From Bacteroidota bacterium (GTDB lineage Bacteria; Bacteroidota; Bacteroidia; UKL13-3): a stretch of 64,000 bases of DNA. Positions 36,829 to 46,909 of this stretch are shown here, piece after piece (position 1 is the stretch's first letter; the number at the start of each line of letters is the position of its first letter). A program made the position numbers and the translations under genes. The notes under the pieces are model-generated. The model worked only from the letters and a program-made list of their open reading frames with translations, was not told where the DNA came from and ran no database searches. The stretch covers positions 417-64,416 of the forward strand of contig JBKDBG010000033.1 of NCBI GenBank assembly GCA_046314755.1. Direction: 5' to 3'.

Positions 36829-39800
36829 TTGTCTATTTTAGCAGATACTAGAAACGATTCTATCTTGATTTCGCTTGGGAAAATATCACGTTATATATTG
36901 CTTACATTTTTGATTGTGTGTAAGTTAAATGCACCGGCACACCAAATTGATTCGGTTCAGGTTACTTCAACTTTTATTCGAAATGAAGGTCAATGGGAGA
37001 ATCCTGCCCTATTTCTATACAGCGCAAACCACACCCAAGTATTTTTTGAAAATAAGGGCTTAAGGTACTTTTTCGACCATCCGGAGGATATTGAAGCCTA
37101 TTTTGACCACCAAAAAAATCCTCATTTATTTAACACCAAAACTATAAGAAGGCATGCTGTTTTTATGGAATTTATCAATAGCGAAACTATTTTTCCTCAA
37201 GGTGGGGAAGAACAGCTAGCAAAATTGAACTTTATTCAGGGAAACGAATCAAAATACTGGAAATCAAACGTAAGAACCTACCAAATTATCCAATACAAGA
37301 ACTTGTATAAAGGAGTTGATTTAAAAGTTTACCCGCATGTTATGGGGGTGAAATACGATTTTATTATTCAGCCCAAATCTGATTATCAACAAATTAAATG
37401 GAAATACGAAGGTGCTGAAAAAGTACTGTTAAAAAACAGACAACTGCACATTAAAACAAGTGTGAACACCTTAATTGACCTTGCCCCATTTGCTTACCAA
37501 TGGATTAACGGAGTTCGAATGGAGGTTGCTTGCGAGTTTAACTTGAACAAAATGGGAGAGGTAGGCTTCGTTTTAGGCGATTACAACCCAAACTTCGAAA
37601 TCATAATTGACCCGGTTTTGGTGTTTAGCACCTACAGCGGAAGCAGCGTTGATAACTTTGGGCATAGTGCTACTTTTGATGATGAAGGCAACTTATATAC
37701 AGCGGGAATCGCCCGCAACCCAACAGATTTCCCGAATGGCCGATATCCGGTAACTATTGGGGCGTTTCAAACCACTTGGGGAGGAGGAGTAGGAAATTGG
37801 CCACAGTTTGGTTTCCCGTGTGACATTTCAATCAGCAAGTACAATAACGATGGAAGCAACCTAATCTATGCCACTTATTTAGGTGGAAACAGAAATGAAT
37901 ATCCCATTAGTATTGTAGCTGATAGTCAAGGGAATTTATTCATATTAGGAACCACATTGTCGGCAAACTACCCAACTACCATGGGGGCCTACCAAACAAA
38001 TAAAGCAGATTCTTTTGATATTGTAGTAAGTAAATTAAGCGCCAACGGAACCCAACTTTTAGGAAGTACTTACTTTGGAGGCAATGGTATTGATGGATTA
38101 AACATTGCCGATACCCTAAGAATGAATTATGCAGATGAGTTTAGGGGGGAAATTCAATTATCGTCAAATGGTGACGTTTATATTGTCTCCAATACAGTAT
38201 CTACTAATTTAAATGGAACAAGCAATGCACTGCAAACAACCAAAAATGGATTACAAGACGGGATTATTTTAAAGTTTAATTCATCCCTTAATCAACTTAA
38301 AGCTTTTACTTTTTTAGGCCAAAACCAACAAGACGCATTATACTCCATTGATGTTTATCCTAATGCTAATGTAATTGTGGCCGGAGGAACTCAAAGTCAA
38401 GGATTTAACGTCAATTCATCTCATTTTAAAGCCACTTATAATGGAGGGATTAGTGATGCCTTTATAGCTATTATTGACAGCAACCTTTCACAACTCACCA
38501 ACATCAGATATTGGGGCAGCAATACTTATGACCAAGCGTATTTTGTAAAACTCGATCCGCAACAGCGCCCGGTTTTAATGGGACAGGCATTTGACAGTAT
38601 TTTTATAAGCACAGGAGTATATCGCAATACGAATGGTTCTTTGTTTATCACCAAGTTTACCCAACAGTTGAACCAAGTTGTGTTTTCAACCCAAATTGGG
38701 AATGGAGTAAAAAACAATGCCTTGGCTCCAAGTGCATTTATGGTAGATGTTTGCGGAAAAATTTATGGGTCGGTTTGGGGCGGTGCCGTAAATTTTCAAT
38801 CAAGATTCAGGCAGTTACAGCCTAGTCAATTTCAAAGTTCAACAACAGGCATGCCGGTTAGTGTAAATGCATTTCAAACCAATACCGATAACAGCGACTT
38901 TTATCTATTTGTGTTGAGCGAAAATGGAGATTCTCTCAATTATGCGACATTTTTTGGCGAGAATAATGATCCTGACCATGTTGATGGTGGAACTAGTAGA
39001 TTTGATAAACGTGGAATTGTGTATCAATCAGTTTGTGCCAGTTGTAGTGGGGGTATTTTTGGAAGTTTCCCGACAACCGTTGGAAGTTATTCACCAAAAA
39101 ATGAAAGTCCTCGTTGCAGTAATGCCGGTTTTAAATTTGATTTTAGGCAAGGAAACGTACTTACTGCTGATTTTTTGATTCAACCTCGAAATGGATGCTC
39201 AGATACAACCATCCAATTCCTAAATAACTCATTCGGTGCTACAAAAAGCTATTGGTATATAAATAACCAGTTAAGGGATTCATCCATCAACTTTGCTCAA
39301 ACGTTTAATGCACCCGGACAATACCAAGTTAAGTTGGTTGTAACTAATGCCGCAACCTGTAACTCCATTGACTCTATTATTAAAAACATTCACATTCATC
39401 CCTCAGCACAAGCTTTATTTGATGCAGTTTATGATACTTGCAGTACCAAACTCAATTTTCAAAACAAGTCTCTTGTTGATACCGGTTTTGTAGCCAATTA
39501 CCTCTGGTTTTTTGGTGATGGAGATACTTCTACGTTGTCAAATCCAACACACACCTATTTAGCTAACGGTAATTTTCCCGTTCAACTTATTGTAAATTCA
39601 GGTAGTATTTGTGCCGACACTGCAGAAAGGATTGTAGTAATTGATTCAAGCAAGCTGGCTATTAGCAGTTCATTCTCGCCAACCGACTCATTGTATTGTG
39701 CTCCTTTTCTATTGCAAATCCGAAACAACCGAGCCAATGAAATGGAACATTATTGGCAAATCAATAATACAGAAATTAGCAGGCCCTTTGGGGGTTTTGA

Positions 39801-41448
39801 TACCATTTTAAACCAAGGTGTTTATCAAGTTAAACTGATTGAAAAATCAGCGTTCAGTTGCAATAAAGCAGATACCTTTACACGAACCTTTACTTTTTTA
39901 CCGGAGCGTTTTCCGGATTTTAACTTTTTAATTGATTCCTGCACTTTGAGGGTTGATTTTCAAAACACTTCGTTTGCACAGCCGGGTGATTCCTTATTTT
40001 GTACTTGGGATTTTGGTGATGGAAATAACAGCAACACATTTAACCCCAATCATAAATATGCCGACACCGGAAACTTTGAGGTAACTTTAACCTTGAACAA
40101 AGGATTTCCTTGCGAAAGAAGAATTACCAAACAAGTTCGGATTGAATTGAATGAAAGACAACTATTGTCGAGATTTAACATTGAGCCTGAGCCAATTTGC
40201 GAACCAACGGTTATTGAATTAATAAATACGAGCTTAAACAACACAAAAAGTTATTGGTATAGAAATGCTGTTTTTATGGACAGTACCCAACAACAGGTGT
40301 TTGATACCATTAAACTCGCAGGAAAATATGTATATACCTTAGTAATTTATAACCCCAATACCTGCAAAATATATGACACGCTGTCTATTGAAACCCATGC
40401 CTATCCAAGTGCAGTTGCCAATTTTGTGATTAAAAAAGACAGCTGCTCCAACGCAGTTATCCTCACTAATAAAAGCTCAAGCAATTCAAGCTCCGGCATC
40501 AATTATTTATGGGATTTTGGCAATGGATTTTCTTCTACTCAAGCACACCCCGACATTAATTACGATACCACCGGAAAATATTTGGTAACCTTAATTACAC
40601 AAGCCGGAAGTCCTTGTGCCGATACGGCAACACAAGAGTTAAATTTCGTAAAAAATAGCCATGAGTTAAAAGCCAATTTCGAACTTACCGACAGTATATT
40701 TTGTAATCCGCTGTATTTAAGCGTTAACTCCACCGGAGTTAATGGAAAACAATTTGAATGGCACATCAACCAACAATTACAGGGTATTGGAATTAACTTT
40801 AAAGATACCATTGAAACAGCGGGAACTTACCGTATTAAACTGAGGGTGATTGACAGCAGCAGTTGTACCATTACGGATTCAATGATAAAAAACATTACCG
40901 TTGAAAATTTTTCGGAAGCTGATTTTAATATGAGCAGAGATAGTTGCTCCCTTTTGGTGCGCTTTTCTAACTTAAGTGCAGGAAGTGCCGCTTCTACTTT
41001 TGTTTGGAGTTTTGGCGATGGGGATACCTCCAAACAAATGAATCCGGAGCATGAATATAAACAAGGTGGAAACTATACTGTAAGGTTAATTTACAATGCA
41101 GGCAGCATTTGTGCTGATACGGCCGAAAATATTTATGCCATTGATGGTGATACGGGTGAGTTATTATTTATTCCGAATGTATTCACCCCGAACAATGACG
41201 GTGATAATGATTGTTACAAAATACTTGGCGTAAGTACCAAATGCGATGAATATAAAATTATTGTTTACAACCGTTGGGGCAATCCGGTTTATGAAAATTT
41301 AGACGGAAGCAAATGTTGGAACGGCAATGCACAAAACGGTGAGCCTTTGCCATCAGGCGTGTATTACTATATAATGAAAGTAAAAAAACGGGAGGAGTCG
41401 GAAAGTACCCATCACGGAACCATTACCCTTATACGAGGCAATGATTAA
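36829..41448 (+). CDS. Giant (1539 aa) cell-surface protein with SBBP-type beta-propeller repeats, four PKD-containing didomain modules and a T9SS type-B C-terminal domain
   Basis: The track start is a TTG and there is no in-frame ATG near the signal-like segment. SBBP-like motifs YATYLGGN...ANYPTT and STYFGGNGIDG. Four W.FGDG PKD signatures. C-terminus IPNVFTPNNDGDNDCY...VYNRWGNPVYE...CWNGNAQNGEPLPSGVYYY. Confidence 0.9.
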   Translation: MSILADTRNDSILISLGKISRYILLTFLIVCKLNAPAHQIDSVQVTSTFIRNEGQWENPALFLYSANHTQVFFENKGLRYFFDHPEDIEAYFDHQKNPHLFNTKTIRRHAVFMEFINSETIFPQGGEEQLAKLNFIQGNESKYWKSNVRTYQIIQYKNLYKGVDLKVYPHVMGVKYDFIIQPKSDYQQIKWKYEGAEKVLLKNRQLHIKTSVNTLIDLAPFAYQWINGVRMEVACEFNLNKMGEVGFVLGDYNPNFEIIIDPVLVFSTYSGSSVDNFGHSATFDDEGNLYTAGIARNPTDFPNGRYPVTIGAFQTTWGGGVGNWPQFGFPCDISISKYNNDGSNLIYATYLGGNRNEYPISIVADSQGNLFILGTTLSANYPTTMGAYQTNKADSFDIVVSKLSANGTQLLGSTYFGGNGIDGLNIADTLRMNYADEFRGEIQLSSNGDVYIVSNTVSTNLNGTSNALQTTKNGLQDGIILKFNSSLNQLKAFTFLGQNQQDALYSIDVYPNANVIVAGGTQSQGFNVNSSHFKATYNGGISDAFIAIIDSNLSQLTNIRYWGSNTYDQAYFVKLDPQQRPVLMGQAFDSIFISTGVYRNTNGSLFITKFTQQLNQVVFSTQIGNGVKNNALAPSAFMVDVCGKIYGSVWGGAVNFQSRFRQLQPSQFQSSTTGMPVSVNAFQTNTDNSDFYLFVLSENGDSLNYATFFGENNDPDHVDGGTSRFDKRGIVYQSVCASCSGGIFGSFPTTVGSYSPKNESPRCSNAGFKFDFRQGNVLTADFLIQPRNGCSDTTIQFLNNSFGATKSYWYINNQLRDSSINFAQTFNAPGQYQVKLVVTNAATCNSIDSIIKNIHIHPSAQALFDAVYDTCSTKLNFQNKSLVDTGFVANYLWFFGDGDTSTLSNPTHTYLANGNFPVQLIVNSGSICADTAERIVVIDSSKLAISSSFSPTDSLYCAPFLLQIRNNRANEMEHYWQINNTEISRPFGGFDTILNQGVYQVKLIEKSAFSCNKADTFTRTFTFLPERFPDFNFLIDSCTLRVDFQNTSFAQPGDSLFCTWDFGDGNNSNTFNPNHKYADTGNFEVTLTLNKGFPCERRITKQVRIELNERQLLSRFNIEPEPICEPTVIELINTSLNNTKSYWYRNAVFMDSTQQQVFDTIKLAGKYVYTLVIYNPNTCKIYDTLSIETHAYPSAVANFVIKKDSCSNAVILTNKSSSNSSSGINYLWDFGNGFSSTQAHPDINYDTTGKYLVTLITQAGSPCADTATQELNFVKNSHELKANFELTDSIFCNPLYLSVNSTGVNGKQFEWHINQQLQGIGINFKDTIETAGTYRIKLRVIDSSSCTITDSMIKNITVENFSEADFNMSRDSCSLLVRFSNLSAGSAASTFVWSFGDGDTSKQMNPEHEYKQGGNYTVRLIYNAGSICADTAENIYAIDGDTGELLFIPNVFTPNNDGDNDCYKILGVSTKCDEYKIIVYNRWGNPVYENLDGSKCWNGNAQNGEPLPSGVYYYIMKVKKREESESTHHGTITLIRGND

Positions 41449-41885
41449 TCGTTTCCTTTTTCAATTACCTGCCAACTATGATCGCCCAAAAGTTTTACGC
41501 TGGCAATATATTTTAGAACAGTTTTAGACCGCCCCCACTCCTTCGGACCAATTAATGAAAGGGTGTAATGATCATCCTTTTCATACAAATGATAAACTTG
41601 GTTTACCACAGGGTTAAAGCGAATATCTGATTGGTAAATATGCTCTGATATTTTCAAGCGGTCTTCAATTTCACGTACTTGGTGCATTATCAAATCGGCT
41701 TGTTTACGCAACATGTCAATTTCTTGTTGAGCGTAGTGATGCATAGCCTCTACCGCGTTGGCTTTTATTTGATTTTTGTCGGCCGGTCTAATGGGAACCG
41801 AACCTATACTAAGCGGAATTGGTGATAAAGATGCAGGACCTGTATAACTTTCGAACTCTTTTTCTGTTTCTGTCATGATAATCAA
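41445..41885 (-). CDS. Hypothetical protein, possibly DUF2452 family
   Basis: 146 aa. FNPVVNQVYHLYEKDDHYTLSLIGPKEWG resembles my recollection of the DUF2452 core. Its stop codon overlaps the convergent giant gene's stop (TTAA). Confidence 0.5.
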   Translation of the reverse strand: MIIMTETEKEFESYTGPASLSPIPLSIGSVPIRPADKNQIKANAVEAMHHYAQQEIDMLRKQADLIMHQVREIEDRLKISEHIYQSDIRFNPVVNQVYHLYEKDDHYTLSLIGPKEWGRSKTVLKYIASVKLLGDHSWQVIEKGND

Positions 41886-41966
41886 TTACAAAATAAACAC
41901 TCATAATCTTAAAACGTTTCAAAGTTTAAACAATTATGCCCTTTTATTGGTTAAATTTGTATTGTT

Positions 41967-42809
41967 ATGAATGTTCAAGTAGAAATAGACGATAATTCAG
42001 GTTTTTGTTTTGGAGTGGTGTATGCCATACAAATGGCCGAAGAAATTCTGGATGAGTCAGGGCACTTGTATTGTTTAGGTGATATTGTGCACAATGACGA
42101 AGAGGTTGAACGCTTAAAAAAGAAAGGTTTAAAGATCATCAACCATGATGTATTACAAACCTTGTACAACGAGCGCGTATTGATTCGTGCACACGGAGAG
42201 CCACCTGAAACGTATAAACTTGCTTTAGATAATAATATTGAGTTGGTGGATGCCAGCTGTCCTGTGGTGTTAAAACTGCAAAACAGGGTAAGAGAGGCGT
42301 ATGAAGATGAAGAGCAAATTATTATTTACGGTAAACATGGGCATGCCGAAGTGGCCGGCTTACTAGGGCAAACAAGCGGCAATGCCATTGTAATTGAAAA
42401 GTTTGAAGAGCTTGATCAACACGAATTGCCTAAAAAAATACAGTTGTTTTCTCAAACCACTAAAAGCACTAAAAACCTTTACGCGTTAAAAGAAACATTA
42501 ATACAAAAAGGCATAGAAGTTGATTTTAATGACACCCTATGCCGCCAAGTGAGTAACCGCGATATTGAATTGAGAAAGTTCGCCACCAGATTTGATAAGA
42601 TTATTTTTGTTGCCGGCAAAAAATCATCAAACGGTAAAGTGTTGCACGATGTGTGTAAAGAAGTGAACCCTCAAACTTATTTTGTTAGCAGTAAAGATGA
42701 GTTGCAAGCCTCATGGTTTAATGAAGGAGATACCATTGGTATCTGCGGAGCAACCTCAACGCCTCAATGGCAAATGGAAGATGTAAAACAAGCAATAATA
42801 AATTTATAA
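41967..42809 (+). CDS. ispH: 4-hydroxy-3-methylbut-2-enyl diphosphate reductase
   Basis: GFCFGV, HNDEEV and SCPVV motifs, with conserved Cys at the three cluster-ligand positions. 280 aa. Confidence 0.93.
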   Translation: MNVQVEIDDNSGFCFGVVYAIQMAEEILDESGHLYCLGDIVHNDEEVERLKKKGLKIINHDVLQTLYNERVLIRAHGEPPETYKLALDNNIELVDASCPVVLKLQNRVREAYEDEEQIIIYGKHGHAEVAGLLGQTSGNAIVIEKFEELDQHELPKKIQLFSQTTKSTKNLYALKETLIQKGIEVDFNDTLCRQVSNRDIELRKFATRFDKIIFVAGKKSSNGKVLHDVCKEVNPQTYFVSSKDELQASWFNEGDTIGICGATSTPQWQMEDVKQAIINL

Positions 42810-42811
42810 TC

Positions 42812-43390
42812 ATGAAAAAATCATTTCTTATTTTGGGCATAGCTGCGGTTGCGGCATTCATTACCTACAGTTTTATTAATAAAGCTCCCAATGTTACACA
42901 TGCACCTATGGCTAAAACATTTTATGATTTAAGCATTAAAAGTTTAGATGGAAAACAAACCATTAACTTCTCTCAATTTAAGGGTAAAAAAGTGTTATGT
43001 GTGAACACTGCATCAGAGTGCGGTTATACTCCACAATACGAAGGTTTGCAAAAACTGCAAGAGAAGTTTAAAGATAAATTGGTGGTGATTGGTTTTCCCT
43101 GCAACCAGTTTGGCGGACAGGAACCTGGCAACAATGAAGAAATTGCCACGTTTTGCAAAAAGAATTATGGGGTAACATTTACCTTAACCGAAAAAATTGA
43201 TGTAAAAGGCAAAAACCAACATCCGGTGTACCAATGGTTATGTCAAAAAACTAACAACGGTGTAGGCGATTACGAAGTAAAATGGAACTTTAATAAATTT
43301 TTGATTAACGAAAAAGGTGAACTTGTAAGTTACTTCCCCTCATCAGTAAAGCCGCAAAGCGCAGAATTAGAAGCAGCGATTAACCGCTAA
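42812..43390 (+). CDS. Glutathione peroxidase (Cys type) with an N-terminal signal/anchor
   Basis: VNTASECGYTPQY and FPCNQFGGQEPG motifs. I chose the ATG at 42812 (MKKSFLILG). Confidence 0.9.
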   Translation: MKKSFLILGIAAVAAFITYSFINKAPNVTHAPMAKTFYDLSIKSLDGKQTINFSQFKGKKVLCVNTASECGYTPQYEGLQKLQEKFKDKLVVIGFPCNQFGGQEPGNNEEIATFCKKNYGVTFTLTEKIDVKGKNQHPVYQWLCQKTNNGVGDYEVKWNFNKFLINEKGELVSYFPSSVKPQSAELEAAINR

Positions 43391-43629
43391 TCTGCTGTTA
43401 AGCTGCCAGGTGCAGCAGGTGTATCAAACTGGGCTGTTTTTTTAACGGGTTTACTTCCGATATTTTTTTGTAACTCTTTTAATTCGATATCAAAAGTTTG
43501 ACTTACCCTTTTTTGAGGCTTCGCAGTTGCAGTTTCTATCGTATTACTTTTCTTCGCACTCCTTGATATGGTAATGTTGAGCACCAATGATGCTGCAAGA
43601 AGTATTGTTGTAATAATAAACTTTCCCAT
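43387..43629 (-). CDS. Small hypothetical secreted or anchored protein
   Basis: 80 aa with an N-terminal hydrophobic helix. No recognisable motif. Support is ORF length and position only. Confidence 0.35.
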   Translation of the reverse strand: MGKFIITTILLAASLVLNITISRSAKKSNTIETATAKPQKRVSQTFDIELKELQKNIGSKPVKKTAQFDTPAAPGSLTAD

Positions 43630-43901
43630 GGCTTATTTCCCCCTTACAATCATAACCAATCTTACACTTGAATGTTTGTTATTAATGAATTTCTAATGTG
43701 ATTTTAAAAGCCAATTGTACAGCTACAAAACGCTGTTAATTAGCATGATGCTTAGGAAATAATGATTAATTTCGGATAAGTGAATCAAATAATTTTTAAC
43801 CCCGAAAGAAAATAATTGCACTATTTTGTAAAATAGTTTACTATATTTGTAACGGTTTTACGACCGAAACTTACCCCAAAAAATTTCAAATCCTTTTAAT
43901 G

Positions 43902-43940
43902 AATAACATTTTTGTACCAAACAGGTACTGAAATGTTATT
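43902..43940 (-). terminator. Terminator-like hairpin immediately after the metH stop
   Basis: AATAACATTT / AAATGTTATT outer stem with an inner GTACC / GGTAC stem. It is AT-rich and has no clean U-run. Confidence 0.45.
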
Positions 43941-46618
43941 TATGCATCGTAACCCAAATTTGGTGAAAGCCATTTTTCTACAAATGCCACATCAACCCCT
44001 TTTCGTTGTGCGTACTCCTCCACTTGGTCTTTGTTAATTTTACCAATACCAAAGTACTTGCTTTGCGGATGTGCAAAGTAAAAACCACTTACACTGGCAG
44101 CAGGATACATGGCAAAGTTTTCGGTTAAATGCATGTTGGCATTTTGTTCGGCATTTAACAAATTAAACAAGGTGCGTTTTTCGGTATGATCCGGGCAAGC
44201 GGGATAACCCGGAGCCGGGCGAATGCCTCTGTATTCTTCTTTAATCAACTCTTCGTTGCTTAAATTTTCGGTTGAAGCATAACCCCAAAATTCTTTTCTT
44301 ACACGCTCATGCATATGCTCGGCAAATGCTTCGGCCAAACGATCGGCAATGGCTTTTATCATGATGCTGTGGTAATCATCATGCTCTTTTTCATATTGCT
44401 CAACCAATTTTTCAATACCAATACCGGCTGTTACGGCAAAGCCACCCATGTAATCGGTTACCCCCTGATCTTTTTGCGCCACAAAATCAGCCAGGCAATT
44501 GTAAGTTTGCCCTTCGGCCTTTTCACCTTGTTGGCGTAAAAAATGAAACTTAGTTAACCCGCTTTCTGTGTTTAACTCCACATCATCACCAATGGCATTT
44601 GCAGGCCAAAAACCAATTACAGCTCCGGCTTGCAACAAGTTATTGGCAATTACATTGTCCAACATTTTATTGGCATCATCAAACAATTTACGCGCTTCTT
44701 TGCCTACCACTTCATCATCCAAAATTTTAGGATACCTGCCCGCCAATTCCCAAGTCATAAAAAACGGAGTCCAATCAATGTATTTGCGCAACTCAGCCAA
44801 CGGATAATTTTCAAACACTTTTACGCCCGTAAATGTTGGCTCAACAATATTGGCCGTATCAACCACTGTGCGTGAAGCTCTGGCCTTTTCGATGTTTACA
44901 AAATTTTTCTCACGTTTGCGGTTTTTATATTCCTCTCTAAAACGTTCGTATTCGGCTTTAAGGTTTTTTTCAAACGAAGGGCGTTGCTCTTGACTGATTA
45001 AACTTTGTGCCACCGGTACACTCTTGCTTGCATCAAGCACGTGCACAACAGGACCCGAATAATTCGGATCTATTTTTACGGCAGTGTGCACTTTGCTGGT
45101 TGTAGCGCCACCAATTAATAATGGAAGTTTCATGTTTAATCGTTCCATTTCTTTGGCTACGTGCACCATTTCATCCAAACTTGGCGTAATAAGTCCGCTT
45201 AAGCCAATGGCATCTACATTTTCTTTAATGGCTTTTTCTAAAATTTTATCGGCAGGTATCATCACACCCATGTCAATAATTTCAAAATTATTACAGGCCA
45301 ATACCACACCTACAATGTTTTTACCAATATCATGCACATCGCCCTTAACAGTTGCCAACAAAATTTTTCCGGCACCGCTTCCGGCTGTGCTTCCTGCCAG
45401 GCGTTTTTCCTCCTCTAAATAAGGCGTTAAATAAGCCACAGCTTTTTTCATTACACGCGCACTTTTAACCACCTGAGGCAAAAACATTTTTCCGGCACCA
45501 AACAAATCGCCCACTACATTCATACCCGACATTAACGGACCTTCAATTACATTTAGCGGACGACCATATTTTTGGCGAGCCTCTTCAGTATCCGTATCAA
45601 TATAATCAACAATACCTTTTACCAAAGCATGGCTTAAACGCTCTTCCACAGGTGCTTTTCGCCACTCTTCATCCACCACTTTTTCTTTGCCTTTACCTTT
45701 TACTTTTTCGGCATATTCCAATAATCGCTCGGTGGCATCATCTTTTCTATCCAGCAACACATCTTCAACATAGGTCAATAATTCTTTATCAATTTCATCA
45801 TACACCTCCAACTGACTTGGGTTTACAATGCCCATATCCATGCCGTGTTTAATACCATGGTATAAAAATGCCGAGTGCATGGCCTCACGCACTTTATCAT
45901 TTCCTCTAAATGAAAACGACACATTGGATACACCACCACTAATTTTTGCACCCGGTAAATTTTCTTTTATCCATTTGGTGGCATTAAAAAAGTCGATGGC
46001 ATTTTTGCGGTGCTCTTCCATACCCGTTGCCACCGGAAAAATATTTGGATCAAAAATGATATCACCCGCAGGGAAATGCACCTTTTCCGTTAGTATGCGA
46101 TAAGCACGTTCGGCAATTTGTATTCTTCTTTCATAGTTATCAGCCTGGCCAACCTCATCAAACAACATCACAATTACGGCAGCACCAAAACGCTTTACTG
46201 TTTTAGCTTGCTTAATAAATTCCTCTTCACCACCTTTTAATGAAATGGAGTTTACCACACACTTGCCTTGCACACACTTTAAACCCGCCTCAATAATTTC
46301 CCATTTAGAAGAGTCAATCATAATAGGCACGCGGGCAATATCCGGCTCAGCCATTACCAAGTTTAAAAAGGTTGTCATGGCTTCAACCCCATCAATCATG
46401 CCCTCATCCATGTTAATATCAATAATTTGGGCACCACCTTGCACTTGCTCACGCGCCACTTCCAGCGCATCATCAAACTGGCCCTCCTTAATTAACCTGA
46501 GGAATTTTTTTGAGCCCGTAACGTTGGTACGCTCACCCACATTTATAAAGTTTGAGCCTTCATAAATAACCAATGGCTCTAATCCTGAAAGTCGTAGTGT
46601 ATAATCTTTATTCGTCAT
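43940..46618 (-). CDS. metH: Cobalamin-dependent methionine synthase lacking the homocysteine-binding module (pterin-binding, B12-cap/B12-binding and AdoMet-activation domains only)
   Basis: From [16 protein letters not shown]...[10 protein letters not shown] it aligns with E. coli MetH from about residue 345. [11 protein letters not shown] is the DxHxxG B12 motif. The C-terminus is ...[10 protein letters not shown]. The 80 codons upstream in the track ORF do not look protein-like. Confidence 0.9.
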   Translation of the reverse strand: MTNKDYTLRLSGLEPLVIYEGSNFINVGERTNVTGSKKFLRLIKEGQFDDALEVAREQVQGGAQIIDINMDEGMIDGVEAMTTFLNLVMAEPDIARVPIMIDSSKWEIIEAGLKCVQGKCVVNSISLKGGEEEFIKQAKTVKRFGAAVIVMLFDEVGQADNYERRIQIAERAYRILTEKVHFPAGDIIFDPNIFPVATGMEEHRKNAIDFFNATKWIKENLPGAKISGGVSNVSFSFRGNDKVREAMHSAFLYHGIKHGMDMGIVNPSQLEVYDEIDKELLTYVEDVLLDRKDDATERLLEYAEKVKGKGKEKVVDEEWRKAPVEERLSHALVKGIVDYIDTDTEEARQKYGRPLNVIEGPLMSGMNVVGDLFGAGKMFLPQVVKSARVMKKAVAYLTPYLEEEKRLAGSTAGSGAGKILLATVKGDVHDIGKNIVGVVLACNNFEIIDMGVMIPADKILEKAIKENVDAIGLSGLITPSLDEMVHVAKEMERLNMKLPLLIGGATTSKVHTAVKIDPNYSGPVVHVLDASKSVPVAQSLISQEQRPSFEKNLKAEYERFREEYKNRKREKNFVNIEKARASRTVVDTANIVEPTFTGVKVFENYPLAELRKYIDWTPFFMTWELAGRYPKILDDEVVGKEARKLFDDANKMLDNVIANNLLQAGAVIGFWPANAIGDDVELNTESGLTKFHFLRQQGEKAEGQTYNCLADFVAQKDQGVTDYMGGFAVTAGIGIEKLVEQYEKEHDDYHSIMIKAIADRLAEAFAEHMHERVRKEFWGYASTENLSNEELIKEEYRGIRPAPGYPACPDHTEKRTLFNLLNAEQNANMHLTENFAMYPAASVSGFYFAHPQSKYFGIGKINKDQVEEYAQRKGVDVAFVEKWLSPNLGYDA

Positions 46619-46858
46619 GTATAGGTTTTCAAGAAAAAACGTGGCAAGATAATGAATAGCTTGAAGAGTGCATAATGGAAAAATGCAAGTAATATGGGGC
46701 TTACCTGCTGTGCTTCCTAAGCGCGAGGAACAAGTGTCGGGCATTTCGCTGTCCCAATCGGTATCTGAAGGGTTTACCTCTTTCAGAATACAATTTCCAC
46801 TATATTTGAACTGCGTGTTTCGTTTGGAGTGCGTGCTAAAAATTGTGCCAAGGGCCAT
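46619..46858 (-). promoter_or_regulatory. Long 5' leader of metH, a candidate riboswitch of unassigned class
   Basis: 240 nt between the probable start and the divergent GH53 gene. Several hairpins are visible on the minus strand (CUGAAAGAGG-UAAA-CCCUUCAG; UUCCU-CGCGCUU-AGGAA). A U-run (UUUUUUC) lies 25 nt before the start codon. Confidence 0.4.
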
Positions 46859-46909
46859 TGTGTTTAGTAACTAAGCCATTGGTTAAACTATCATTTTAAA
46901 GTGACGTTT

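Noticed and set aside
42812-43390. A selenocysteine-type glutathione peroxidase
   Set aside because: The active-site residue is encoded as Cys (SECGYT). There is no in-frame TGA.
46619-46858. An 80-codon N-terminal extension of the metH ORF in the six-frame track ([16 protein letters not shown]...)
   Set aside because: It has no similarity to any MetH domain, including the missing Hcy-binding domain, and its composition is not protein-like. Homology begins exactly at the internal ATG at 46618. I treated it as 5' leader.
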